Assembly: GCA_049997875.1 (NCBI GenBank)
Contig: JBEKRC010000001.1
Span: 14,775-78,774, forward strand
DNA: 64,000 nt
Reading direction: 5' to 3'
From: Minisyncoccia bacterium
GTDB lineage: Bacteria > Patescibacteriota > Minisyncoccia > UBA6257 > 2-01-FULL-56-20
Positions within the stretch are counted from its first letter, which is position 1; each line of letters begins with the position of its first letter. The notes under the pieces are model-generated. The model saw only the letters and a list, made by a program, of their open reading frames with translations, was not told the origin of the DNA and searched no databases. Shown piece by piece: positions 26,726 to 36,831 of the stretch. The translations under genes were made by a program, and so were the position numbers.

Positions 26726-27121
26726 CTACCCCCTCCGCCGCCTCCGGTGAAGCTGTTTTGATTTTTGCGTGATGGCAAAAACGGAAAGCACCATGATGTA
26801 ATCCGCAACGACCTCGGAATCAAGGACGTAGCCCCTGCCGCCGAAGAAAAGGGCGACAATGGCAAGCACAAAAATGAGCACGGTCCATGCAATGATAAAA
26901 AGTTCGCCAGGGTGGCGGCTGTCGTGGATGTCATACCAACGGTCAAACTCCTTCGTGCCCGCGTAGAGGGTAAGGACGCCGGCGTACACCGCGCTCAAAG
27001 GAAGAATAAACGGCTCGTACCGGTTGAATAAGAAAAAGTTCGCGACCACGAAGACCATAAAAACGACGGTCCATGACGTGCAAAGGGTGCTCCATAGCTG
27101 CTCGCCGCTGAAAGCTTTCAT
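26726..27121 (-). CDS. Hypothetical 4-TM membrane protein
   Basis: Four hydrophobic segments, start overlaps the upstream stop (TAATG). Confidence 0.75.
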   Translation of the reverse strand: MKAFSGEQLWSTLCTSWTVVFMVFVVANFFLFNRYEPFILPLSAVYAGVLTLYAGTKEFDRWYDIHDSRHPGELFIIAWTVLIFVLAIVALFFGGRGYVLDSEVVADYIMVLSVFAITQKSKQLHRRRRRG

Positions 27122-28578
27122 TACTTCACAAAATACTTCTTTTTTATCTCTTCTTCCAGTCCTTCCTCAAATTCGTCTTTTGTAGTGCGGGCTTTTTCGG
27201 CAAGCTTTTTCAACGCCGCGTCGGAGAGTTTCCCCAACTCCGTGACGCGCACTGTCAAGTTTTCTTTAACATTCTTTTTAGGATCATCCAGCACCTCTTC
27301 AAGCAATATGGCAAGCACCCACCCCACGCGCTGTCCGGGCGGGATTTTTAAAATTTCCATCACATCGTCGCCGTTCACTTTGAGCATCTTCGGCGAGACC
27401 GGATCGTTCTTCACTTTCTCAATCATGAACATCAGGTGGCGGTTCTTATATGGCGTTGCTTTCGGCGCACCGGAGCCGATACGGTCTGCCTCGCGCACTT
27501 TGAAAAGATCCGGCACGGTTTCCGGTCCCACGCGCGCGAGGAACCGCCGCACGCCGCGCTCGGAGACCTCGCCCACGTTGTAATAGAACATATGGTAGCG
27601 CACGAGATGGGTCACTTGTTCTATGAATTCCTTTGAGAACCGCAAGCGATCCAGTGCTTTTGTTGTCATCTTCGCACTGATGAATTCGTGCTGATAGAAC
27701 GTGGAGTTGCGGCCCTCGCCCTGTTTCGCACGCGGCTTCCCGACATCATGCAAGAGCGCCGCCATGCGGATCACGAGCGGATAATCCTGCTTCGCAGCAT
27801 AGTCCAGCGACCGAACGCTGTGCTCAAACACGGTATAAATATGATGGAGATTCTGCCCGACGCCCAGTCCCTCGCGCAGTTCCGGCAAAACGTACTGCAG
27901 CAAACCAAGTTCTTCCAAAAGAATCATCCCCTTCGCCGCCTGCGGTGTCTCCAATATCTTTACAAGCTCGTCACGGACGCGCTCTTTTGCGATCATTTCA
28001 AGCTCGTGCGAAAGCTTTTCTATCGCGCGGCGCGTGTCCATTTCAATCTCAAAATCCAATTCCACCGCAAACCGCACCGCCCGCATAAGGCGCAATGCGT
28101 CTTCGCTGAACCGTTCCGCGGGACTCCCCACGGTGCGAATCACCTTTTTCTCCAAATCACCCTTACCCCCAAACGGATCATACACTTCCCCTTTCAGGTT
28201 CATCGCGAGCGCGTTCACCGTAAAATCCCGGCGGGACAAATCTTCCTGAATCGTTTTGGCGAATTTCACTTCGTCCGGATGCCGCTTATCCGTATACCTC
28301 CCTTCAATCCGGTACGTGGTCACTTCAATCACTTTCAGCTTCGGATCCTCCGATTCGGTTTTCACTCCCACCGTGCCGAACGCATTTTCATACACGCTCT
28401 CCGGAAAAAATTTCTGGATATCCTCTGGCAACGCGCTCGTCGCAATGTCCCAATCTTTTGGCTCCCGGCCCAAAAGCATGTCCCGCACGCAACCGCCCAC
28501 CAAATACGCTTCAAATCCCGCCTTTGCGAGCGCCAAGGCGACTTCGGAAACTTCCTTTGGTACGAGAAGTTTTGCCAT
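27121..28578 (-). CDS. cca: CCA tRNA nucleotidyltransferase with HD domain
   Basis: LVGGCVRD..DWDIAT, RRDFTVNA, RFSEDALRLMRAVRF, LLHDVGKP. Confidence 0.92.
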   Translation of the reverse strand: MAKLLVPKEVSEVALALAKAGFEAYLVGGCVRDMLLGREPKDWDIATSALPEDIQKFFPESVYENAFGTVGVKTESEDPKLKVIEVTTYRIEGRYTDKRHPDEVKFAKTIQEDLSRRDFTVNALAMNLKGEVYDPFGGKGDLEKKVIRTVGSPAERFSEDALRLMRAVRFAVELDFEIEMDTRRAIEKLSHELEMIAKERVRDELVKILETPQAAKGMILLEELGLLQYVLPELREGLGVGQNLHHIYTVFEHSVRSLDYAAKQDYPLVIRMAALLHDVGKPRAKQGEGRNSTFYQHEFISAKMTTKALDRLRFSKEFIEQVTHLVRYHMFYYNVGEVSERGVRRFLARVGPETVPDLFKVREADRIGSGAPKATPYKNRHLMFMIEKVKNDPVSPKMLKVNGDDVMEILKIPPGQRVGWVLAILLEEVLDDPKKNVKENLTVRVTELGKLSDAALKKLAEKARTTKDEFEEGLEEEIKKKYFVK

Positions 28579-28600
28579 CTCCTTAACTATAACGGAATTA

Positions 28601-29737
28601 CTACCGCACCGTTCCGCCGAACTCCCCGGCAGTCTTTTTTTCAAGCGCGTGATGCATCACGTCCACCTCTGCGTTTGTAAGCGTCCGCTCGTTGCTCCGA
28701 TAGACCACGCGGAAGGTGTAGCTTGTTTTCCCCGCGCCGAACTTTTCCGGATTTTCATACTTATCAAGCAATGCAACCTCCTCCACAAGGTCGCCGCCGA
28801 TATCGCGGATCACGTCAAAATAATTGTTCGGCACAAAGTCCGCACCGACGACAAAAGAGATGTCGCGAGTGACAGGCGGGTACTTGCTTACTTCTTTATA
28901 AGCATTGCCTAAGCGGAGCTGGCGCGTCACGCGCGAATCCGCAGACCACAAAAGCCGGATGTCGGGAAGCTGCATGCTCAAGATTGCGAGCCGCTCCAGG
29001 CCAAAGCCGAACGCCCAACCGTTCCAGATGCGCGAATCAATACCGAAGTTATCCAAAACTTTTGATTGCACGACGCCGCTTCCCAAGACCTCCACCCAGC
29101 GCCCGCCTACTTCTATCACCATCTCCAAGCTCGGGTCCGTGTACGGGAACGTATCTTTATTGAAACGATACTTGATGCCCGGCCCGTAAATCGCCTGCGC
29201 GATTGTTACCAAAACGGCTTTCAGATCTTCCAAGCCGATTTCTTTTTCCTCCCGGCGGCAAAGATACCAACCATCCATCTGGTGGAATACGTTCATGTGC
29301 TCGCGGTCTATTTCATCCTTGCGGTACACCTTGCCATAGCACAGCGCGCCAACCGCTTTCCCCTGCCGTATTTTTTCTTTCACCGCAGAAAGGCCGAGCC
29401 AGTAGTACCACATGATCGTGGTGTGCGTGCGCAAAATGTAGTCGTCGTTCACGTAGTACGTATCGGAGCGGCTGCGGGCGGGATGGTCGGGCGGGAAATT
29501 AAAAAGGTCAAAACTCTCCCGCGCCGGCACGATCTCCGGCACCTGCACAACGTCAAACGCCTTGAAATCCGGGAGCGCCACGATGCGCCGCACAATCTCA
29601 TAAATCGGGCTCCCCTTCGTACGCGAAAGGTCCGGCATCCGCATGAACCGCAGCATGCGCGCCGCTTCCGCGTCGCTCCGTTTTTCTATCTCCGCGCGGA
29701 GCCGCTTTTCCTCCGGTGCCGCGATAACAAGTTCCAT
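28601..29737 (-). CDS. Monomeric (mitochondrial-type) phenylalanine--tRNA ligase: catalytic domain plus FDX-ACB
   Basis: HPARSRSDTYY, LRTHTT, FHQMDG, FPYTDPS, GWAFGFGLERLA..PDIRLLW, then SKYPPVTRDISF...YRSNERTLT. Confidence 0.9.
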   Translation of the reverse strand: MELVIAAPEEKRLRAEIEKRSDAEAARMLRFMRMPDLSRTKGSPIYEIVRRIVALPDFKAFDVVQVPEIVPARESFDLFNFPPDHPARSRSDTYYVNDDYILRTHTTIMWYYWLGLSAVKEKIRQGKAVGALCYGKVYRKDEIDREHMNVFHQMDGWYLCRREEKEIGLEDLKAVLVTIAQAIYGPGIKYRFNKDTFPYTDPSLEMVIEVGGRWVEVLGSGVVQSKVLDNFGIDSRIWNGWAFGFGLERLAILSMQLPDIRLLWSADSRVTRQLRLGNAYKEVSKYPPVTRDISFVVGADFVPNNYFDVIRDIGGDLVEEVALLDKYENPEKFGAGKTSYTFRVVYRSNERTLTNAEVDVMHHALEKKTAGEFGGTVR

Positions 29738-29842
29738 TCTTCTGATGGTAGCAAGATTGCAAAACCCGTGCAACCAAAACGAATGATAACTTTTTAATCT
29801 GTGCGCGGGCCTGGACGATCTTCGAACGATGCTTCCGCGAGA

Positions 29843-30331
29843 CTATTTCTCAACAAACCGTCCGTCTGCTCGTTTCTGGCACTTATCCCATTCATAAACC
29901 CTGCCGTTCATAGCAATGTAAACACCCTTATTCAAAACATTCAGCGCACCGATCGCTACGCCGATGTTAAATTCCGCGTCTGAATCCTTGAAGCGGAATG
30001 GTTGAGAAGCACCAGTTAGCACGATCGCCTTGTCACGAATATCGCTCAATGCTTTTGCTGTTTCGATCATAGTGTCCGTCCCATGCGTGATCAGAATTTT
30101 ATCGGCGATGGATCCTTCGCAAGCCCTCTTGATAAGCTGCCTATCCTCGTCATTCATGTCTAAGCTATCTTTTGCCAAAAGCCGCTCAATATCATACTCG
30201 AAGTTCAATTTGACCTTCTCCTCGCCCATGACCCGTATCGCTTGCTTCCCAAATGAAAAGTTAAGCGTGCCCTTTTCTTCTGAATAGATCTTATCGATTG
30301 TGCCGCCAGCCGTAAAAACCTTGATTTTCAT
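29843..30331 (-). CDS. Short asparaginase-domain protein
   Basis: TAGGTIDK, KDSLDM, ITHGTDTM, VLTGA. Confidence 0.9.
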   Translation of the reverse strand: MKIKVFTAGGTIDKIYSEEKGTLNFSFGKQAIRVMGEEKVKLNFEYDIERLLAKDSLDMNDEDRQLIKRACEGSIADKILITHGTDTMIETAKALSDIRDKAIVLTGASQPFRFKDSDAEFNIGVAIGALNVLNKGVYIAMNGRVYEWDKCQKRADGRFVEK

Positions 30332-30389
30332 AGTTTTGATTCTAACTGAATTTAAAGATGAACTCAAATGTATCTATTCTAGATTTTTG

Positions 30390-30461
30390 TGCCGGCGGCA
30401 GGATTCGAACCTGCGACCTCGGCCTTATGAAAGCCTCGCTCTGCCACTGAGCTACGCCGGC
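30390..30461 (-). tRNA. tRNA-Met(CAT), probably elongator (Ile2 not excluded)
   Basis: GCCGGCG acceptor, TTCATAA loop, GTTCGAATCC. Confidence 0.88.
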
Positions 30462-30511
30462 TCAAGCACTACTATAATGCGAAGGTTTTCTTTTCTCAAG
30501 GGCATCTCGGA

Positions 30512-30670
30512 GCCACGGCGGCTTGAGGCGACCTTCAGGTCGCCTGCCGTGGCGAGAGCGAGGCGTCGCTCGCCCGCCGGAGCGAGCGACGCCGTCCCTT
30601 TCGGGAGGAAGACCGTAGCTTGTTGCGGGGGCCGGAATCGGACCGGCTTCGGGAGCTTATGGGGCTCCCC
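30512..30670. repeat. Cluster of GC-rich REP-like hairpins
   Basis: GCCACGGC/GCCGTGGC enclosing AGGCGAC/GTCGCCT, plus GGCGTCGCTCG/CGAGCGACGCC, GCCGG/CCGGC and GGGAGC/GCTCCC. Confidence 0.6.
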
Positions 30671-30782
30671 GGAAAACCATTCCCAACCCTCCCGCGCGAT
30701 TGACACAAAACGCCCGTCAACCAATTCTAAATAACTTTTTAATACATTGTCAAAAAAGGCGAAGGGTGTGATGATAACAATA

Positions 30783-32060
30783 ATGAAGGTTGGGCTTCTT
30801 GGTTTTGGCCGTGAGGGACAATCGCTCTTGAAGTTTATAAAAGCCAAGCGCGGGTTCCACGGCGCAGAAATTTGGGTGCTGGACCGGAACAAAGCCACGA
30901 AGGTTCCGAAGGGAGTTCACGCGCGGCTCGGCAGGAATTATCTTGCGCACCTTGAGGATTTTGACCTTGTGTTGCGCTCTCCGGGCGTCCCCTATATGCT
31001 CCCCGCGCTCGTGCGTGCGCGGCGAATGGGCGTGCCGCTTTCCAGCTTGACGGCGCTCTTTTTTAAATACTGCCCGGCGAAGATCATCAGCATCACGGGG
31101 ACCAAGGGCAAGGGCACCGCGGCGACGCTGCTCTATAAAATACTCAAAGCCGCCCGCCGCGATGCCTATCTTGCAGGCAACGTGGGCACGCCGGCGCTTC
31201 TCGTCCTGCCGAAGCTTAAAAAAACTTCACTTGTCATCCTTGAACTTTCCAGCTTCCAGCTTCAGGACCTAAAAATTTCCCCGCCCATCGCCGTTATTCT
31301 TGACGTGTTCCCCGACCATCAGGATGCACACAAAAATCTCAAGGAATATTACGAGGCGAAGACCAACATTGCGCGATTCCAGTCGCCGCGTGACAGAATT
31401 TTTTTCTTCAAGAACGACCGTATGAGTGCGTGGACGGCGCGCCATGGGCGCGGCAAAAAGACCGCCGTGGACGAAAAGCGTTTCAAGCTTTTCGCACCGG
31501 AAGACCTTGCGATGCCCGGCTACCATAATTTCAAAAACGCCGTAATGGCGGCAATCATCGCACGCGCCCTCGGCGTCCCGAACCGCGCAATCACGCACAT
31601 TGTAAAATCGTTCCCGGGCAACGAGCACCGCCTTGAATTTGTGCGAAAGGTCAATGGCATCGCGTTCTATAACGATTCCGCCTCAACGAACCCGCAAACG
31701 ACCGCCGCCGCCGTGCGCGCATTCCCCGGCCAGCCCGCGGTTCTCATTGCGGGCGGGAAGGACAAAAATCTGGACTATGCACCCCTTGCGCATGCGCTCA
31801 AGAAAGCGCACGTGGTTCGCGCGGTGCTTTTCGGAGAAAACAAGAAAAAGATACGGCACGCCATCCGCGCCGCAAATGTCGGGCTCGCGCCGAGTCTTCG
31901 CGCTGCCGTACGCATCGCCTATCATGCAGCCCGATCAATGCCTCGCACCGACAAATCGCCGGTTGTTCTTTTCTCTCCCGGCGCAGCGAGCTTTGACCAA
32001 TTCGCGAATTATGCCGACCGCGGCGAACAATTTAAAACGCTCGTCCGAAAATTGAAATAA
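30783..32060 (+). CDS. murD: UDP-N-acetylmuramoyl-L-alanine--D-glutamate ligase
   Basis: RSPGV, ITGTKGKGT, ELSSFQL, EHRLE, YNDSAST, SPGAASFDQF..RG. Confidence 0.95.
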   Translation: MKVGLLGFGREGQSLLKFIKAKRGFHGAEIWVLDRNKATKVPKGVHARLGRNYLAHLEDFDLVLRSPGVPYMLPALVRARRMGVPLSSLTALFFKYCPAKIISITGTKGKGTAATLLYKILKAARRDAYLAGNVGTPALLVLPKLKKTSLVILELSSFQLQDLKISPPIAVILDVFPDHQDAHKNLKEYYEAKTNIARFQSPRDRIFFFKNDRMSAWTARHGRGKKTAVDEKRFKLFAPEDLAMPGYHNFKNAVMAAIIARALGVPNRAITHIVKSFPGNEHRLEFVRKVNGIAFYNDSASTNPQTTAAAVRAFPGQPAVLIAGGKDKNLDYAPLAHALKKAHVVRAVLFGENKKKIRHAIRAANVGLAPSLRAAVRIAYHAARSMPRTDKSPVVLFSPGAASFDQFANYADRGEQFKTLVRKLK

Positions 32061-32087
32061 TCCTGCGTTCGGGCTAGAATGCAAAGC

Positions 32088-32381
32088 ATGGCATCCGCAA
32101 TTACCAAGCGCGAACTGGAACACTTGGCGAAGCTCGCACGCCTATCGCTTGATCCGAGGGAAGAGGAAAAACTTTTGAAAGACCTGGGCAGGATCCTGGA
32201 TTATTTCAAAGAACTGCAGGAGCTTGACACAGCGAACGTCGCGCCAATGACCGGCGGGACGGATCTGCGCAACGTGTTCCGCGACGACAAGGAGCGCGAG
32301 AACACAAACCGCGGTGCGGGCACGGAGGCGTTCCCCGAGAAAAAAGACGGCTACCTCAAAGTGCCGCCAGTGTTTGAATAG
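32088..32381 (+). CDS. gatC: Amidotransferase subunit C
   Basis: HLAKLARL, LDTANVAP, YLKVP. Confidence 0.95.
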   Translation: MASAITKRELEHLAKLARLSLDPREEEKLLKDLGRILDYFKELQELDTANVAPMTGGTDLRNVFRDDKERENTNRGAGTEAFPEKKDGYLKVPPVFE

Positions 32382-32397
32382 CACAGCCAATTACGCC

Positions 32398-33861
32398 ATG
32401 GAACTCCTCCGCGATCTCACCATCAAAAAATTCCACGAAGGGTTGCTCAATAAAGAATTTTCCGCGCTTGAAATCACGCAAGCGTACCTCAAGCAGATCA
32501 AAGAGCGGGACAAAAAGATCGGCGCCTATCTGAGCTTGGCGGAAGAATCGGCGCTGCGGCAGGCGGAAGCGGCGGATATCGCACTCGCAAAGAACGAGGA
32601 GTTTGGCGCGCTCGCGGGCGTCCCTCTCGCAATCAAAGACGTCATTTTGATCAAGGGCCAACCGGCGACCGCGGCATCAAAGATCCTTGAAAATTACGTA
32701 GCCTCTTACGACGCGGGCGTCGTTCAAAAATTAAAAAAAGAACGGGTAGTGTTCCTCGGAAAAACAAATCTGGATGAATTTGCGATGGGGGCCTCCACCG
32801 AAAATTCCGCGTTCCAGATCACCCATAACCCGCACGATCTCGAACGCGTCCCGGGAGGCTCTTCCGGCGGCTCCGCGGCGGCGGTCGCAGCGCATCTTGC
32901 CATAGCTGCGCTCGGGTCCGACACCGGTGGTTCCATCCGGCAGCCCGCCTCGTTCTGCGGCGTCGTGGGTCTCAAACCAACTTATGGCACTGTCTCGCGC
33001 TCCGGTCTTATGGCGATGACCTCAAGTCTGGACCAAATCGGGCCGCTCGCAAAGACCGTAGAAGATGCTGCAACCCTCTTTAAGGCAATCGCGGGCCAAG
33101 ATCCGATGGACGCCACGAGTGCCCCCGTCCGGTACGGCGACGAACTCACGCATCCGAACTTTGAAAAAATAAAATCGCTCACGATCGGACTGCCGGATGA
33201 ATATTTCGTAGGCGGCATTTCGCCGGAAGTGCGCCGCGCGATGGAATCCGCCATTCAAAAACTGAAGGGCCTTGGTCTGCAATTCAAAAATATTTCTCTC
33301 CCGTACACAAAATACGGCCTGGCGTGCTATTACATCATTTGCCCCGCCGAGGTGAGTTCCAACCTCGCGCGTTTTGACGGCATCCGCTATGCCCGGAGCG
33401 TAAAAAACGCTGGCGCGAAAGAAGAATCCTTGAATGAACTTTATCTCCGACAAAAGGGAATGGGCTTCGGGCCAGAAGCCAAACGACGGATCATTCTCGG
33501 AACTTTCGTGCTCTCCTCGGGATACTACGACGCCTACTACGAGAAAGCCCAAAGAGTGCGGACGCTCATCAAGCAGGATTTTGATGAAGCATTCAAGACA
33601 GTGGATGTCATTCTTACTCCGGTCGCTCCGACGCCAGCGTTCAAAATCGGCGAAAAAGTTGATGATCCCCTCACCATGTATCTTTCGGATATTTTCACCG
33701 TTCCCGTGAACTTGGCGGGACTCCCCAGCCTCTCGATGCCCGTCAAGCCCTATCCGTACCCCGATCCATCAAAAGAACTGCCGATCGGCTTCCAACTTAT
33801 TGGAAAAAAATGGCGCGAGGAAGACATCCTCGGCCTCGGCCAGCTTTACGAAAGAAGTTGA
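32398..33861 (+). CDS. gatA: Amidotransferase subunit A
   Basis: GKTNLDEFAMG, PGGSSGGSAA, GSDTGGSIRQPA, RRIILGTFVLS. Confidence 0.97.
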   Translation: MELLRDLTIKKFHEGLLNKEFSALEITQAYLKQIKERDKKIGAYLSLAEESALRQAEAADIALAKNEEFGALAGVPLAIKDVILIKGQPATAASKILENYVASYDAGVVQKLKKERVVFLGKTNLDEFAMGASTENSAFQITHNPHDLERVPGGSSGGSAAAVAAHLAIAALGSDTGGSIRQPASFCGVVGLKPTYGTVSRSGLMAMTSSLDQIGPLAKTVEDAATLFKAIAGQDPMDATSAPVRYGDELTHPNFEKIKSLTIGLPDEYFVGGISPEVRRAMESAIQKLKGLGLQFKNISLPYTKYGLACYYIICPAEVSSNLARFDGIRYARSVKNAGAKEESLNELYLRQKGMGFGPEAKRRIILGTFVLSSGYYDAYYEKAQRVRTLIKQDFDEAFKTVDVILTPVAPTPAFKIGEKVDDPLTMYLSDIFTVPVNLAGLPSLSMPVKPYPYPDPSKELPIGFQLIGKKWREEDILGLGQLYERS

Positions 33862-33896
33862 TGCTTACCGCTACGCGGGGGCGCGAATACGGGGCG

Positions 33897-34895
33897 CTAA
33901 GGGGCGGTGGAACTGCTTGTGGTGGTAGTGCTGGTGTTCACTGTGACGATGGCGGAACCATTGACCGCAGTCACTGTCATATATGGCGAACCAGGCACAT
34001 GGGTTCCCACGAGTGACACCGTACTCGTACCGTTAAGGAGCGGCTTCAGCGCCGCGGTAACATTAGCATCTGTCGCATTTTTCACATAGACGACAACGCC
34101 GTACTGCGTCGTAAGAGCATATGATGATTTTCCTCCCGTGAGCGTACCGCTCACTGAAACGGTCTCACTCGCGGGCGTGCTGGAAGAAAGCGGTGGCACC
34201 GCGGCGAACGAAAGATTGGTGAGGAGGTTGGCGTTCTCTCCCGTGAGCGACGCCACCTGCGCCGTGAGCGCGGTGTTTGAGGCGTCAAACGTTTGAACCT
34301 GGGCATTCAAAGAAGAAATGCGCGATGCCACATCGGCACTTTGAGCACCAAGCGATGCAACCTGCGCCGCAAGACCATTGTTTTGGAAGTAAAGATATCC
34401 CGCGAGGGCGCCGAGGACAACGATGATGATTATGCCGATGATCATCATAACGATAACGCGACCGCTTTTGGACACTCCTCCGGTGCGCGTGGGATCAATC
34501 GGGGAATTTTTCTGAACGGCACTCTTCGTCGAGCGGGCGGCAGGAATCGTGGCCGCACTCACGCTCGCGGAAACCAAATCGCTCATTCGTATAGTCTGCG
34601 GCTCCACACCCTTCGCCGCACCGCCGCCCGCCACAGACGGGGAAAGGCCGGCCGGGGTGGTAGATGACATCGGCTTTGGCGAAGTCCCCGTTGATATCAC
34701 GCTTGACGGCGTTGCAGTCGCAGGTGTCGTACTTGCAATCACGGTGGGCTTGCCCGCGCCCTCCACCTTTTTAAAGGTATCCTCCACGTCCGCTACCGCC
34801 CATCCGGCACCGATGAGCGCCGCCTTGATCGTCTCGCGCGAAACCCCAAGCTTCATCTGTGACAAAATGTACTCAACAAGCTGGTCCTGAACCAT
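33897..34895 (-). CDS. Hypothetical bitopic membrane protein
   Basis: N-terminal LVEYI..G.SRE.IK.AL..AGW motif, Ser/Thr/Pro linker, TM, coiled coil. Confidence 0.8.
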   Translation of the reverse strand: MVQDQLVEYILSQMKLGVSRETIKAALIGAGWAVADVEDTFKKVEGAGKPTVIASTTPATATPSSVISTGTSPKPMSSTTPAGLSPSVAGGGAAKGVEPQTIRMSDLVSASVSAATIPAARSTKSAVQKNSPIDPTRTGGVSKSGRVIVMMIIGIIIIVVLGALAGYLYFQNNGLAAQVASLGAQSADVASRISSLNAQVQTFDASNTALTAQVASLTGENANLLTNLSFAAVPPLSSSTPASETVSVSGTLTGGKSSYALTTQYGVVVYVKNATDANVTAALKPLLNGTSTVSLVGTHVPGSPYMTVTAVNGSAIVTVNTSTTTTSSSTAP

Positions 34896-35218
34896 GCTCT
34901 CATTATACAACATCAAAACGCGCGCAAGGACGAGCAATCCACAGGGCAAGCAAACGCAAAACCAATCGCGACCATCCCGATCTCCCAAACTGCTGTCCGC
35001 CCCTTTGCACTACAATGTGCACCACTATCCGCGACGTTCGAACTTTTTTCAGGACGGAACCCTTGATAGAGATCTCATGCCTGCCTGAAATATCCCTTGC
35101 CCACTGAGCGGGATTGTTACTATCTTACTCTCAGAACTCAGTTTGAAAAGGTAGGGTTATTTGCCGTGGGGGCGGCTTCTCGACGAATTTGAGTAATTTG
35201 TTACAATATAATAAACGT

Positions 35219-36304
35219 GTGGAACAAGATTTAACCATCCAAACGCCACCACCTGCGGTGGAACCTCCGGAAATCAATCGGTGGAATTGGGGAGCTTTTT
35301 TTCTTACTGCGCTGTGGGGCATCGCACACAGGGTTTGGTTCCCCTTGCTCGCGGTTTTGCCTGTGGTGGGTATACAACTTGCTTACCGGATGGCCTCCGG
35401 CACCACCGAAATCATGCTGGTTGTTTTGTTTGTTGTCTTGGAATTGATCATCGCCCTTGTCTCCGGCCATTATGGCAATCATTGGGCATGGCAAAAGAAG
35501 CATTGGCTGGACGTTGCAACATTTCAGAGTACTCAAAAGAAATGGGCAAAAGGAGGATTAATTTGCTTCATCATCGGCCTCATTGGGATTGGCGCAAATT
35601 TAACCCTGTCTTATTCCCTCTCTCGGACGCTCTCACAAAATGAGGGGTTGATTCCCAGCCAACAAGCAGTGCTGCCGGCAGATTTCCCCAAGGCTCTTAT
35701 TTTGGATAGCGCGTTCCAGCTGATAAATGCCGGTTCTGATGCCAGCGGGCAGGGTTCGGCAGTTATATTCGTGAGCACGCGAAGCTTGAGCGACCTACAA
35801 GACCTCTACCAGAGTTATTTTAAAAACGAAGGGTACTATCTATATGACCTTTTGGGCGGTGGATATCTGAGCGAGTTCTATGGAGTTGACCAAAAAGACA
35901 ACAAGACTATAGACATCATACTTGAGGATGTGTCCGGCAATCAAACCAGGCTCACGATAGACATCAGGCCCTCACTCATTGATAGTTTCCCTAAGGCTCT
36001 GTTATTAGATCCAGGCGCGGTCATCATACAGTCAGAGTATCAGCCGGACGAACCCTTATATTCTGTCCAGTTCAAACCATCATTGGATGATCAACAGTTA
36101 TACAATGCATACATAAATTACTTTACTAACCATCAGGTAAATTGTTCGCCGCTCCCACCGCAACCGCTTTCGGCGAACTGGACATTGACCTGTTTGGTTA
36201 ACCGATCATTCAACTCGTATTTCATCCACGTGAATAAGGAAAGTGACGGTACTGTTTGGGTCACAAGCGAAACTGCCGACATCAGCTCGCCATCTCTGCA
36301 ATAA
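35219..36304 (+). CDS. Membrane protein with WNWGAF (DUF2628-like) N-terminus and duplicated extracellular domain
   Basis: RWNWGAFF..W, GNHWAW, two FPKAL(I/L)LD repeats, low GC. Confidence 0.75.
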   Translation: MEQDLTIQTPPPAVEPPEINRWNWGAFFLTALWGIAHRVWFPLLAVLPVVGIQLAYRMASGTTEIMLVVLFVVLELIIALVSGHYGNHWAWQKKHWLDVATFQSTQKKWAKGGLICFIIGLIGIGANLTLSYSLSRTLSQNEGLIPSQQAVLPADFPKALILDSAFQLINAGSDASGQGSAVIFVSTRSLSDLQDLYQSYFKNEGYYLYDLLGGGYLSEFYGVDQKDNKTIDIILEDVSGNQTRLTIDIRPSLIDSFPKALLLDPGAVIIQSEYQPDEPLYSVQFKPSLDDQQLYNAYINYFTNHQVNCSPLPPQPLSANWTLTCLVNRSFNSYFIHVNKESDGTVWVTSETADISSPSLQ

Positions 36305-36581
36305 GTTTGTGCCCAGAACGCAACCAAAAAATCGAAGAATGCTATGCGGCGACAACTCTTGCATGAAGAACCCCACCCTCACGGGTGGGGTTGAAATCAT
36401 AATGATTCGACCTTTGCCGACCATGCTATCGTAAAAGTACTCAATTTATCTATCCTTCCTTAGTTCGAATCCACTCCCCTCGCACGTCAATTTGGATCGA
36501 ACCCCATTCCACGCAAACAAAAAATGGCCATTATATGGACATTTCTAGGATGGAAAAGTTGCCGAAAGCGGCAACTTCTTA

Positions 36582-36603
36582 GTGCACAGGCCAGGATTCG
36601 AAC
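36582..36603 (-). other. Isolated tRNA 3' fragment (att-like remnant)
   Basis: GTTCGAATCCTGGCCTGTGCAC with no matching 5' half. Confidence 0.55.
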
Positions 36604-36641
36604 GCCTCAGATTGCGTCGGAACTGCAAGATAAAATGGATG

Positions 36642-36831
36642 TAGCCCCGCCTGCGGCAGATATGTTTTCGAAGAACCTAGCGGAGGCGAGGAAAGAGCGC
36701 TCTCCAAGTGAGTAGAAAATTTGACGGGACCCCCGCCGAAGGCGAGAGGGTGGCAAATTTTCGTAAGCGAGCGAGGAGAGCGCCCGAGCTGAAGCGGGTT
36801 CAAGAAAACATAATTGCCGCAGGCGGAGCTA
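36642..36831. mobile_element. MITE/REPIN-like 190-bp imperfect palindrome
   Basis: TAGCCCCGCCTGCGGCA...TGCCGCAGGCGGAGCTA termini with nested inner inverted repeats. Confidence 0.65.
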
